In this document: piece by piece, positions 13,086 to 25,626 of the stretch
How the letters are laid out: each line of letters opens with the position of its first letter
Position numbering within the stretch: the stretch's first letter is position 1
Assembly (NCBI RefSeq): GCF_006345805.1
Contig: NC_042998.1
Coordinates: 18,228,001 to 18,292,000, forward strand
Direction: 5' to 3'
DNA: 64,000 bases
DNA from: Octopus sinensis
Lineage: Eukaryota
Program-made: the position numbers and the translations under genes
Notes under the pieces: model-generated
The model's input: only the letters and a program-made list of their open reading frames with translations
Databases searched by the model: none
Told to the model about the DNA's origin: nothing

Positions 13086-13694
13086 TATATATATATATAT
13101 ATTATATATATAATATATTATATATATATATATATATTATATATATATATATATATTAATAATGCACACACACATGTATGTATATATATATATAGAGAGA
13201 GAGAGAAAGTTCTGCATATATGTATTTGTGCTTCTTTGTATGTTATACAAGTAGAGATACTCTCACACACATTTACGCACACACTCAGATTCCTTCAAGC
13301 GCGCGCACACACACACACACACGCACACACACACACATACACACGCACACACTCACACGCATATCCGTTATTTTTTTTACGAAACGGCTGAAACAACTGA
13401 CAATGCCAGAGTATAATATCGTAAATTAACGTGTGGATGCGTGTGTGCAGTGTGTAACCCTGTATGTCTTCAAGGTTATAAAATATTAATTATACGTTTA
13501 TTACTGCGTAGTTTCACAGAAATGCATTACCCGGATGATGTACGTCGTGTATTCTGTAAGTCTGAGATGGGATTTTTAACAGTAGCGTGCCGTTAATATG
13601 TACACAGAAAACAAAAATGAAATTAAGTTGAAGGTGCCTTGCAAAGTAATTTGTGAGTGTATATAATTATCAAAGGGAATACTTCAAAGGATAT

Positions 13695-13791
<97 letters not shown>

Positions 13792-13946
13792 AAGAATACG
13801 TATTAAGACTACCATTATATACGTATATACATACATATACATCGATATGTGTAAATACTTGTGCGTATTTTATATACATTTACAGAAGCACACACATAGG
13901 CACAACATATGAACACACATATATATATATATGTATATATGTATAC

Positions 13947-13995
<49 letters not shown>

Positions 13996-14001
13996 ATATA
14001 C

Positions 14002-14033
<32 letters not shown>

Positions 14034-14954
14034 CCATATATATATGCATACATATTCACACATATATATATGTATGTATAAATATATGTATATATATATA
14101 TTATATATATATATATGGATACATGTACATATGGCTATATATGTATATATATATACGCATACATATATATTCATATATATGTATACAAAGCATGTATATA
14201 TGTGTGCGTGTGTGTGCGCGCGCGTGTGTGTGTGAGTGTGTGTATGTGTTTGTGCGATCGTGAGTATTTCGTTCTACATTTGGCTTGTAAGTTTGTTACT
14301 ATAAAATCTGTTGAAACTTATTTTGCATCGTGGGATGGGAAATATATCTGTGTAAGAAATATATTAGTATGTACATTATTTTGATAGGAATACCTCTTAG
14401 AGCATAGACAGACTATGCAAAATATAGCTGACCATAGAAATCTTTGAGCGTCTTTGAATGCTTCCTAACTCAGCGCTATCTCAGACCCATAAAGCCACAC
14501 TCTTCGGCAAAAAAAACTAATACCTAAGAAAAAAATTTAGGCAATAAACTTGTATTGTAAACTCGCATTATTTCCATAAAGGAATTCTGATAAACGTATT
14601 GACTGTCCAGTATGCTCCAGGGAAGATATTGAAATCCATATTGATAACTTTACATATTTATGAAACAAATTTAATCTGCACAGTGGTGTTCAGTAATTGA
14701 TTTAGATTTTGTTTTTATAAGGAAGTAATCGTTGTTCACCCATCTCAATATTTGCATGACAATTAGAAGCTTTTGAATATCAAACGAGCACTAAAGCCTA
14801 TACACGTGAAGAATTTAAGATTTCAATTAATAGTGTTGAATAGTGATGTAAAAGCGAATGTTCAATATCCTAAAACATATTCATGAGTTCATCGGAGCGT
14901 GAATATATCCACAATACAACGATGCCAGTAGTAAATTTGGTATAATAAAAACGA

Positions 14955-15268
14955 TGGCAATAACAACAACAACAACAACAGAATCAACAACAATGATAAT
15001 AATACTAATACTAATAATAATAATAATAATAATAATAATGATAATAATAATAATAATAATGATAATAATAATAATAATAATAATTATGATGATGATGTTG
15101 ATGATGATGATGATGATAATAATAATAATGATAATAATATAATAATAATAATAATTTCATTTATATGCCACAAGGGCGAAGGATGAGACGTAAAGTATTA
15201 GGATATACATATAATGAAATGATAAAAAAAATAAATATAATGCGTGGTTGATGATAATGATGAGGATG

Positions 15269-15329
<61 letters not shown>

Positions 15330-15390
15330 CAGCAACAGCAACAATTATAATATTAATAATAATAGCAACAACAAAAACTAATAATAATAA
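14955..15390. repeat. (AAC)/(AAT)/(GAT)n trinucleotide microsatellite blocks
   Basis: Directly visible; source of the poly-Ile/Met ORFs. Confidence 0.9.
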
Positions 15391-16272
15391 TGGCGATGAT
15401 GGTGGAATGAAAATGTCACCGAATTTTTAAAAAGCTGAAATAAAATTGTTGTAAAATGTCTAGCTTTTGTGTTTCAGATAAAAGAGAAAAAATATTGTTT
15501 ACTCGAGCTAACCAACTGAATGATCACTAAAATTGAAGTTCCTTATAATAACGCCTATTCATATCAATATAAAAGTCAATTTGTGAAGAAATAAAAGTTC
15601 CCTTACAAACAGATTCTTTCATATTGCTATATAATATCGCCACGATATTGTGCTTTTATTGTTTGCTTTTTGATTCGGGCAAGCATCTAATCAAAATTTT
15701 GATAGAACATAATTACAAAATACAGGAACACCCTGGAGATTAATATTCCCAATAATGTAGTAACGCTGTTATATTATTCGGAGATGTGCTTCTCCTCGTA
15801 ATGGTTATAAAATAAACACTAAAATCTTAAATTATTGTGGTATCAACTTTCAAGAAGATTTTATGATCCACCTGCGCTTCGAAAAACATTAAGATTGCTA
15901 TAATGCGTCTTCAATTATTTTTTGTATTATAACTACGCCTATATGAAAGACGCATTTGTTTTGGAACTGTGTTTGTATGTAGTTTATAAATATTCCGACT
16001 CAAGTAAAAAAATTCTTCTTTAATGCCACACTAGCTGATGGGACGGATAAACTTACCAAACAAAGGTTAATGACTGTCCGTGCCCAATGGACGAGTTACT
16101 CGCACGCACGCACGCACATATATACATACCTATACATACATGCATAAATATATATAGATACATACGCGCACTCACACTCATACGTATATATACACACATA
16201 CATACATACACACATACACACATACATGCATACATACATGCATACATACACGCATACATACACACATACACA

Positions 16273-16800
16273 CAGAGTGTTCGGGGTAATTTGATAGTTT
16301 GCATAAAAGGAAACAAAACACAAAATCCAATCCAAGATAAAAGTATTTTGAGACATCAAAGCATATTAACTCGGTTGTGGCTAGGAGATAGCAATTTGTG
16401 CTAAGTAGCAGCCCTTAACTTCTACTACAGCTTCAAGATGTCTCTGCGACTTGGCGCATGCGTTTCTGGCTGTATCCCTAAGGAAGATTCTATAACACCT
16501 CCTTGCTCTTAACCAGTAACTCGGGCTTGGTTTTGCAGGTAGAGCGGTTGGTGTCTCTCTCAACCGCGCCCCATACATAATAATCCATTGGATTATAAAC
16601 GAGATGATTGGAAGGTCAGAAATTGAGGGTGGTTAAGTTGCAGAAATTCTTCGATAATCAATTCTGACACTTTCCAGATGTATAACAAGGAGCCGCAATA
16701 TACTGCCACACATATGGCCTTCCAGTAGAAACTCTCCCCAGCCAGAGACTGACCACAGCCTTCAGGTGCCCTCACATAGCGTTTGATTTAAATTTAAGGC
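16273..16800 (-). mobile_element. Tc1/mariner-superfamily transposon, 3' fragment
   Basis: Frameshifted GRPYVWQ, YNPMDYYVWGAVERDTNRSTCKTK, RDTARNACAKSQRHLEAVVEVKGCY (catalytic C-terminal region); TIR-like end at 16273. Confidence 0.8.
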
Positions 16801-16904
16801 CCTATCAAAAAATGTGGGGCGAATGCAGTCAGAGCATCTGTTCAGTTTCTACTGTTCACGGCTTTGGAGTTTCTGTTGCAGATATCCATGGCACGCCTTA
16901 CAGT

Positions 16905-17400
16905 ATTGTGTGTTCTGGCTAATTTTACAGTTTGCATAAAAGGAAGCACTACAACCCATCCGAAAAAAATGTATGTTTTTAAAAATTTCAAAAATATCAA
17001 TTACATTACGGCCGGGAGAAAATAGTTTGCTCAAAGCAGCCGCACTCAGCTTCCACTACAGTCTGAATACTGCTTCAGAGACTGGCACATGCAATTCTCA
17101 CCGTTTCCCTGGAAATATCATCGAAAATATTGATCTTTGCTTTTAACCTGGCCCCGGGGTTGCAGGTGAAGTAGTTGGTCTCTTTCGTAACCGCGCCCAT
17201 AGGATTACAATTAAGAGATTAGAAATTAGTGCTGGTGAATCTGTAGAAATTTACTGAAAACAACTTCTAAAACCTTCTGGACATAAGCATATTGCTGCTA
17301 CGCACATATATCCTTCGAACATTAACTCTCTCTCCAACCAAGTTTCACCACAGTCTCCCAAAGTTTTTCACCACATGCTGGTAACTTTCAAGCAACACTT
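16905..17400 (-). mobile_element. Second, more diverged copy of the same Tc1/mariner 3' end
   Basis: Shares AGTTTGCATAAAAGGA, CTTCnACTACAG and AACCGCGCCC with 16273-16800 in the same order. Confidence 0.65.
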
Positions 17401-17899
17401 TTGAAATGCTGGCGAAATGTCAGTGCCAGTTAATCACGGAAGGAATTATCTCATCTATTGTATTGTGTTTGCTAAAATTATGCGTATAGGTTTGACCATC
17501 ATTGCAAATCTTAGCGATTTCATTTGCTATTTCTTTTAATCCTGATTAACTGTAACCGTATTTGACATAATGACATACAAAATCATTTCCATGTTTCCAG
17601 TAATCCCCTATGTCAGTACAAATCCGTTTTATCCTCAATAAACAAAGGGGGTTTGTTAGAAACAGCCACTCAAATTTCGTTCAAAAAGTAGTCTCCCGTC
17701 TTAAAAGTAGAGGATGCACTCAAGGATTTATGTTTTCATTATTTAATCAGACTAGAAAAAGAATGTGTGCCCATGACCTATATCATGCTTCCGTGACCCT
17801 AATGAAGAATATGTTCAAAGCTTAACCTTAAGATTTTCCAGTCCATGGATATATTAAAGATACGTGCACGGAGATTCCAGAGCGGTCAAGCGTTGATGA

Positions 17900-18760
17900 G
17901 GAAGCAATAAACATAGTGTTTCGTAATGAAACTGAAAATAGTCAAAATTTTAATATGGATACATATTAGAAGATACATGTATGTCAGGAATGTTGAATGG
18001 AGGGTGGGGGCAAGGTTAGATTACGTTCAGGTGCGGATTCCAATGCAGAAATAGGAAGGTTACAAAGAAAGAATAGTATTTCTCTGGATCAGATGTTGAA
18101 TGTGCTTGTATGATCGAAACACTTTTCTTCAGGCGTGATTAATAATGCTTATTTGTGTGAAAAATTCATCAGAATCTGTAATGTGTCTGACATTTCATCC
18201 TTTGTCTTATCTAAGGTTCGTAGAGTAAGTAGTTCTGGTATGAAATCTAGAAAGGTGACTAGAAAGGCGAGTTTCATTGATGCGGCTTGCGCAAGTTATT
18301 TGTTTGTTTGCCAAGAGTGTATATTAGAGATAGTGAATCATAACACTTGTCATGACCATCAAATTACTATTTGAGTTCCATTTATGCTTCAGGTGATGTG
18401 TATTAAGATAAGCTTTCCGTAATATATAACACAATGGTGATGCATTGCTTAAGCTGAGCTAATCTAGATTTGCTTGTTCCATTCGGAAGAAGTTTCCAGA
18501 TCTCTATTCATGGTATCTGTGATTATTTTGCATGTTATGTCTTTACACCAGTATATGGACAGAATATTAATGGGGGATGAAGTTTTGTATCATCTGCAGA
18601 GAAGAAGGTGATGTGAGAAACGAGGGCAAATAGATGCGTTGTAAAATAAAATGAGAGCAAATAGATAGTGTTTGGTAAAATACGAAACATGTTGAATAGA
18701 TAGAGTTGTTCAGAGAAATATTTTTAAAAATGCATTAACACCTGTCACGAAGGCCGAATT
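17900..18760 (-). mobile_element. Possible highly decayed LINE (endonuclease-RT linker region)
   Basis: Stop-ridden translation LIYTLGKQTNNLRKPHQ...PF...IRT loosely resembles CR1/Jockey-type linkers; no RT core motif seen. Confidence 0.3.
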
Positions 18761-19803
18761 TAACAGGAAGCCACGATTTAAGTATGAGAAAGAAATGAAT
18801 CCTATAAGAGTGAAGTTCCCACAAGGAATGTAAATACAAGATCTAGTCGGAAGCTTCAAAATTTATCACCGGATTTCTGACGGATGAAACAGTTTTACAA
18901 ACTTGTCCCCATTGGATCTGGTTTTCAAAAAGAACTTATTTAAATCGCAGAAAAAGGGAGAAGGTTGAATTAAACACTTTTGATCCCAGCGTAATCAATA
19001 CCACATGAATGTAGGTGACAAGTTAAAAGGGACCCCTACTTTGCAACAACTCAACAAGACCCGTAAATAGATGATACGTCCAATATTCTCAAGAACCAGC
19101 CTTTATACTAAAAGAAATAAAAACTAATATTTTCTTAGCTGCATCAGTCTCTCACAAAATATGTCATATTTTCCACACACACTTCAAAATGTCAAATTCC
19201 AAAGAAAGAAAATCCTCTGACTCTTCCAGTTGTTCTATCGTCGTACTAACTTCCAATAATCTCAAAATTGATGGAGACACACATGAAGAGGATATTGGAA
19301 TATATAAGTTGCTTTTCCTCTAATCGACATTCAGCCGAGGTGAAATTGATACTCTAACCAGTTATCGTGTTGCTCCAGTTAACAACAGAAAGTTTACTCT
19401 CCTTTACTTAACACCGATAATTCGTCCACGCCAGCAGTTCTCATCGAAAAATGATAGCAGGCCCACACACATGGAACATCTGGGCTCTGGAATTCTGAAG
19501 CAGTAAATACTTTATGCCTGCAACTGTCAAACTGAAATTCGCATTTAATACTCCGAACTAAGATGTTCTGTAGAAACAATTCTATCAGGCAAACGTAGTA
19601 TTCCGTACCGACTTAAATTAGCTAAAGCATTCGGTCTTCTATTCTAGTTCTCTTTATGTGCATCAGAATTAGTAACGGATATTAATGAAAATTTCTATGT
19701 ATTTGAAAAATACAAGGCGAATCGTTTTATATTTACAGAATGCATGTTATATAGTATCTTTGTGTTCTTTGTAATCAATTGATCGATTAATGTCCATATT
19801 GTA

Positions 19804-19982
19804 AGGCGCAGGAGTGGCTGTGTGGTAAGTAGCTTGCTAACCAGTCACATGGTTCCGGGTTCTGTCCCACTGCGTGGCATCTTGGGCAAGTGTCTTCTGC
19901 TATAGCCCGGGCCGACCAATGCCTTGTGAGTGGATTTGGTAGACGAAGACTGAAAGAAGCCTGTCACATATATGTATATATT

Positions 19983-20022
<40 letters not shown>

Positions 20023-20220
20023 TGTGTTTGTCCTCCTAGCATTGCTTGACAACCGATGCTGGTGTGTTTGCGTCCCCGTCACTTAGCGGTTCGGCAAAAT
20101 AGACCGATACAATAAGTACTGGGTTACAAAAATATGTCCCGGGGTCGATTTGCTCGACTGGAGGCGGTGCCCCAGCATGGCCGCAGTCAAATGACTAAAA
20201 CAAGTAAAAGAATAAAAGAA
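19804..20220 (+). mobile_element. Family A SINE
   Basis: Full head-to-tail homology with 4657-5068; internal (TG)n. Confidence 0.9.
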
Positions 20221-20877
20221 TATATGTTGCTTTGACCAGCTGAAATATACATTATAAGAATGTACAATTTTAATCTTATAAATAAATATCTATTGGTGTA
20301 AGTAGACATTTTCTTAGAACCTGTCTTTAGAATGAATAGTCTCTTAGCATGAAGTTGGGGATATTACAATATCAAATTTGTAATGATCTGACACTAACAT
20401 AGTTAATTGCATTAATTTTCTGTGAAATAAGATTCTGTTAAAAAATATATTAATTAACAATAAATAACAATTAAAAATTTATTAACATTTCAGATCTACC
20501 GAGTTTATTTAATAATGATCAAATTCAAAGTGAATACCCGTAGTATCACGTTTGAGCGAAATGTCAAAATATCGAAACACTTCTAGTCTTATTGTTTAGA
20601 AAGGGATGTGCCAGTTTACAAACTTTTGCCAATATTTCATTCTTTGTAATGAAATTTAGGTGGCGGTTATCGATTAATATAATTAAATGTATCAACACTA
20701 AAAGTTTAGTAGATAATACAAAATCTATATATAATATAAATAATTTGTATAACATTCAATGTACACGTTTTCAATTTTTCTGAATGTACATTATTTATGC
20801 ACAGCATAAAAAATTTGTAATCAACGTGCCTAACTTATAGGAAGACATAATTTAGCCAAACGTTGTTTTATAGATTT

Positions 20878-21259
20878 TTAGCAGTATCGCCCGGCGTTGC
20901 TCGGGTTTGTTTCGACCCTTTAGAATTGGAATTTTTGAAAAGTAAAAATGTTGCATTATGTAGCTTGTTATTCTCTTTAAGTGAAAATTTTTCTGGTTGA
21001 AATACACGGAAAACTGGCGACACAACAGTCACAAAATCGGAAAAAATAGGGATTTTCATAGAAAAAAAAGCACCTTTTTGATGTAAATAATTTTTTGTGT
21101 TAATGTGGTCCGATTTGAAATTTTTCTGCTGCGGAAGGAAGCACAAGCCTTCTTCTATCATACTCTTCTATCTATTTTGGTTTCGGAGGAGATAGTGTTA
21201 ATTGAAGGCTACCAAATCTACCATACACAGACAACTTCAGCTTTATATATATAGAGAGA
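20878..21259 (-). mobile_element. Non-autonomous Helitron (about 380 bp)
   Basis: Minus strand starts TC(TC)TATATATATAAAG and ends CCCGAGCAACGCCGGGCGATACTGCTAA (CTRR). Confidence 0.8.
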
Positions 21260-21625
21260 TATATAGTTTGTACTATATACTATTACAAATTTCTTTTACC
21301 ATAAATCAGTGCACAATATAACATTAGCGTTCATACATTCATGCTTTTCACGACAGCATATGTGACGATGTACGATGAGGTACGATGAAATAGTTTCACA
21401 TGAAGCTCAAATATCATGGAGACTCTGCAATTATATTATGTAATGTGGTTCTGTCTTTTTACGACAATAAGATCGGGCCTGCCGAATGAGTATGTTGATT
21501 CATTCACTACTTGGAGCAACTTCCATAGACATTATAACATCAATAGTAGCAGCATCAATGATCTAAATGTGCATGATGATTAAATATTGGTTTCAAATTT
21601 TGAAACAAGGCAAGCATGTACAAGG

Positions 21626-21800
21626 AGGGGATAAATCAGATAAATCAGCCCCAGTACTGAACCTGTACTTAGTTTATCAACTCCGTAAAGATGAAAGGCA
21701 GATTTGACCTCGGTGGAATTTGAACTCAGAACATAGAGACGGACGATATGCCGATATGCATTTTGCCCGGCGTGCTAACGATTCAGCTAGCTCACGGCCT
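21626..21800 (-). mobile_element. Family B SINE (diverged)
   Basis: GGAATTTGAACTCAGAAC and GCCCGGCGTGCTAACGATTC are reverse complements of the family B head. Confidence 0.75.
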
Positions 21801-21861
21801 TATAATGATTAAATATTACAACGAAACTTGGTCAACAACTAAGGCGGATGGCTCCTAATTT

Positions 21862-22027
21862 GGCGCAGGTGTGGCTGTCGGTAAGTAGCTTGCTTACAAG
21901 CCACATGGTTCCGGGTTCAGACCCATTGCGTGGCACCCTGAGCAAGTGTCTTCCACTAAAGCCTCGGGCCGATTAAAGCCTTGTGAGTTGATTGGTTAGA
22001 CGGAAACTGAAAGAAGCCCGTCCTATA

Positions 22028-22077
<50 letters not shown>

Positions 22078-22352
22078 TATATATATATACATGTTGTGTT
22101 GGTGTGTGTTGTGTTGGTGTGTGTGTGCGTGTGTGTTTGTGTTGGTGGTGCGTGCGTGTGTGTGTTGGTGTGTGTGTGTGTGTGTATGCTTGAGTGTTTG
22201 TGTTTGTGTCCCCGTCGTTTGGCGGTTCGGCAGAAGAGGCAGATAAAATAACTGCTAGGCTATAAAGAATAAGTCTAAGTCCTGGGGTTGATTTGTTCGA
22301 CTGTGGTGCTCCAGCTGCAGCCAAAGAAAAGAAGAAAAGCAAAAATAAAAGA
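21862..22352 (+). mobile_element. Family A SINE with expanded internal microsatellite
   Basis: Head GGCGCAGGTGTGGCTG; long (TA)/(TG) tract at about 22024-22205; degenerate tail. Confidence 0.8.
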
Positions 22353-22584
22353 ATACATGAGCAGTACATATATTCAAATCCTGGTAAGATTAAAACGTGA
22401 TCTACTGAGATTCGTACTCTATATCAAAATGTGTATAGCGAGCGTTTTAGTCGAGCATCCGCAACGCTGACTCCCCTACACCGTTTTTTTTCTTATCACG
22501 TGTAAGAAATAATGGCGATAATATTCACATCACTAGCAAAGTCAGTATTGAAAGAGACAAAATAATCATATCAACAACGATAAA

Positions 22585-22773
22585 ACGACGACGACAACAA
22601 CAACAGCAACAATAATAATAATAACAATAAAAATAATAATAATATAATAATAATAATAATAATATAATAATAATATATAATAATAACAATAATGATAATA
22701 ATAATAATAATATTAATAATAATAATAATATAATAATAATAATACTGAAATAAAACTACTGAATGATAATAAT

Positions 22774-22812
<39 letters not shown>

Positions 22813-23040
22813 TTTAATAATAATAATAATAATAATGATATAATAATAATGATAATAATAATAATAATAATAATATAATATAATAATAATAATAATAATA
22901 TTCTTTGCAGCAACAAAAATAATATCAAACAGAAAAACAACAGCAACAACAACAATAATAATATTAACTTAGTAGTGGTAATGATATTCATGTTGATGAT
23001 GATGATGACGATGACGACGACGACGATGACGACGACGACT
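22585..23040. repeat. (AAC)/(AAT)/(GAT)/(GAC)n microsatellite block
   Basis: Directly visible. Confidence 0.9.
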
Positions 23041-23663
23041 ATGGCGTCATGATCAATGGACGAGGATCTGTGAGAAAAAAAATATACAGAATATAATAAA
23101 AGAGAAAAATTCGATTGATCAAAAGAAATGTGTTAAAAAAAGAAAATAAATGGGAACAAAATAAGAAAAGCTGAGGCTGGAATTAAGAGAAAAAGCTAAA
23201 ACAATGATCTGTGCAATCAAACTCGGTTTTACATAATATTTTGGGTTCTGTTACATTGCCAACACTGGGTTAGAGCAATTTATCGATTTTTCTTCTGATG
23301 TGAATAACTGACACGGTTCCATTTTGTTGATCGTATTGATTATTGCTTCGGTTGCAATTTCTGGCCTTATTCAATCACAACTAGACACGAATATAGGGCA
23401 AGCGTTGCTTGTAACACTTAACAATTTATCGCATTTTACAAATTCGCTTATATGCAAAAGTTATAACTATAAGTTATATATATATGTGTGTGTGTGTGTG
23501 TGTGAATGTATGTATGTATTTATGCATATATTTGTGCGTGTATATATATATAAAGAGCGCGAGAGAGAGAGAGATGGAGAATTCAACAGAAAAATGAAAG
23601 GCGAAGGCAGTTGATGTAGACAACAAACAGATATATTAGTATAACGCTCAGGAAGTGGAAAAG

Positions 23664-23701
23664 TCTTTAACGTTTCGAGCCTACGCTCTTCCACAGAAAG
23701 A
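23664..23701 (-). ncRNA. Minimal hammerhead-like motif (core CUGUGGA) in a Penelope-related repeat (about 23575-23720)
   Basis: Minus strand: TCTTT-CTGTGGA-A-GAGC gtag GCTC-GAAA-CGTT-AAAGA; all helices intact, GUU triplet. Confidence 0.6.
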
Positions 23702-23734
23702 AATACAGAAAGAAACAAGGATATATGTATATAT

Positions 23735-24047
23735 AAAGAAAATAAATGCGAAACAAGTTGGACAAAATAGTACGCGAATACCAGAGGTAAAGCAATAAGT
23801 TTTTTTAAAAAGGAGCAAAAATATCACAAAGACTATTACTCAGAGTTTCATATTAAGAAACATGTTAAGGAACAAAAATAAGGCCATAAGCAAACATATA
23901 CAATTAGTTTAATAGTATCTATTAAACTAATTGTATACCTTTGCTTCTAACCTTATTTTTGTTCCATTCTAAACAAAACTGTCCGACGAACGGGAACGTG
24001 AAACTCTGAGTAACAGTTTTGCTATATTTGCTGCTTTTTTTATAAAG
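23735..24047. repeat. Imperfect palindrome of inverted Penelope-type ends
   Basis: Perfect 19-bp arms 23897-23915 / 23919-23937 (loop TAT), 15-bp arms 23869-23883 / 23951-23965, and outer arms 23827-23850 versus about 23999-24022. Confidence 0.75.
23975..24020 (+). ncRNA. Type-I hammerhead-like motif (core CCGACGA)
   Basis: Helix I AAAACTGT/ACAGTTTT (8 bp perfect), CCGACGA, helix II ACG ggaa CGT, GAAA, helix III ACTC t GAGT, GUA triplet. Confidence 0.65.
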
Positions 24048-24155
24048 TATATATATATATACATATATATATACATATATGTGTATATATATATTATATA
24101 TATATATGTGTGTGTGTGTGGGTGTATGTGCTTGTGTATTTATGTATGCATGTAT

Positions 24156-24204
<49 letters not shown>

Positions 24205-24667
24205 TACACATTTACTCACTACACCCACACAAATAAAGTCACGGATAAACACACAATTATATGTGTTGTGAATAGAGAAAAGAAAGATAAACAAATGAGC
24301 GTAAAAAATGTTACAAAGGCAATATACTAAGCATTCAATATAATGTGATGTAATTTAATGGAAACTTAAATCCCATTAAACGTTACACTGAGTTTCTAAT
24401 TTTTGATGTTTGGACTATTATGAACAATAGAGGAAAATTTGCTACATAACAAGCATGGAGTGAAACTATCTAAATCTATTATTTATAGTTGGTTGGTCGA
24501 CGTTGAATAATTTATCTGTTTTATTAGTTAATGAAGAAAACGTTTTCTTTTTAGATCTAAGAGACATTTGAGCGATATGGTAATAAATAAGAAAAAATTG
24601 TATAAAGCAAGGCAGTAGCTTTCCAAAATACACACCTGATAGAGAGCGGATAGTATATATGTGTATA

Positions 24668-24708
<41 letters not shown>

Positions 24709-24813
24709 CATATATATATATAATATACATATTGTGTGTGTGATGACTTTTAGTAGTGTAAAAAAGAAAATCAATGATATTGAAGTTTAATGTATTGTGT
24801 AATATATATGAGA

Positions 24814-24860
<47 letters not shown>

Positions 24861-25106
24861 ATGGCTGTCTATCAGAGTGTTTCACGGTCTACATTCAAGA
24901 CTAAGAGGATGCCTTTAGCGTTAAAGCGACTACTTTAATTTTTTGTAGTTTATTATTCTGTTTCTTTGTTCTTAAGACATCTTGTATTTTCTTTTCACCA
25001 TGTTTCATAGTAGAAACGTCACGAACAGGCGTACATTATTTTTGAAGTTTCATGATCCACTATTATATTTATCTGCTGTATGTTGTATGTAAGTTTGTGT
25101 GTGTGC

Positions 25107-25144
<38 letters not shown>

Positions 25145-25149
25145 TATAT

Positions 25150-25180
<31 letters not shown>

Positions 25181-25305
25181 CGTATGTATGTATGTATATA
25201 TATGTATAGATATATGAATTTATGCATATATGTATATATACACATATGTATACACACACACACACATGCACACACATATGTAAATAGACACATAATCAGA
25301 AATAC

Positions 25306-25386
<81 letters not shown>

Positions 25387-25477
25387 GACGCGCGTGTGTG
25401 AGAGTGTAAATGTGAGTGTGCATGTGTGTATGTTTGTGAGCGTAAGTATGTATGTATGTATAAGAGAAGTTGATAGA

Positions 25478-25626
25478 CTCATTTCAACTGTCTTTACGTT
25501 CTGAGTGCAAATTCCGTCGTAGTAGACTGTAATATTCATTTTTCAGGGTCGATAAAATAAGTTCCACTTGAGCACTCGTGTCGATGTATTCGATTTAACT
25601 CGATCACCGAATTACCCTCCTTGTGC
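25478..25626 (+). mobile_element. Family B SINE fragment
   Basis: CTTTACGTTCTGAGTGCAAATTCC...GGGTCGATAAAATAAG...GTCGATGTA. Confidence 0.65.

Noticed and set aside
14954-15430. Poly-Ile/Met/Asn/Leu ORFs (also 22713-22991 and 60651-60956)
   Set aside because: Trinucleotide microsatellite artefacts.
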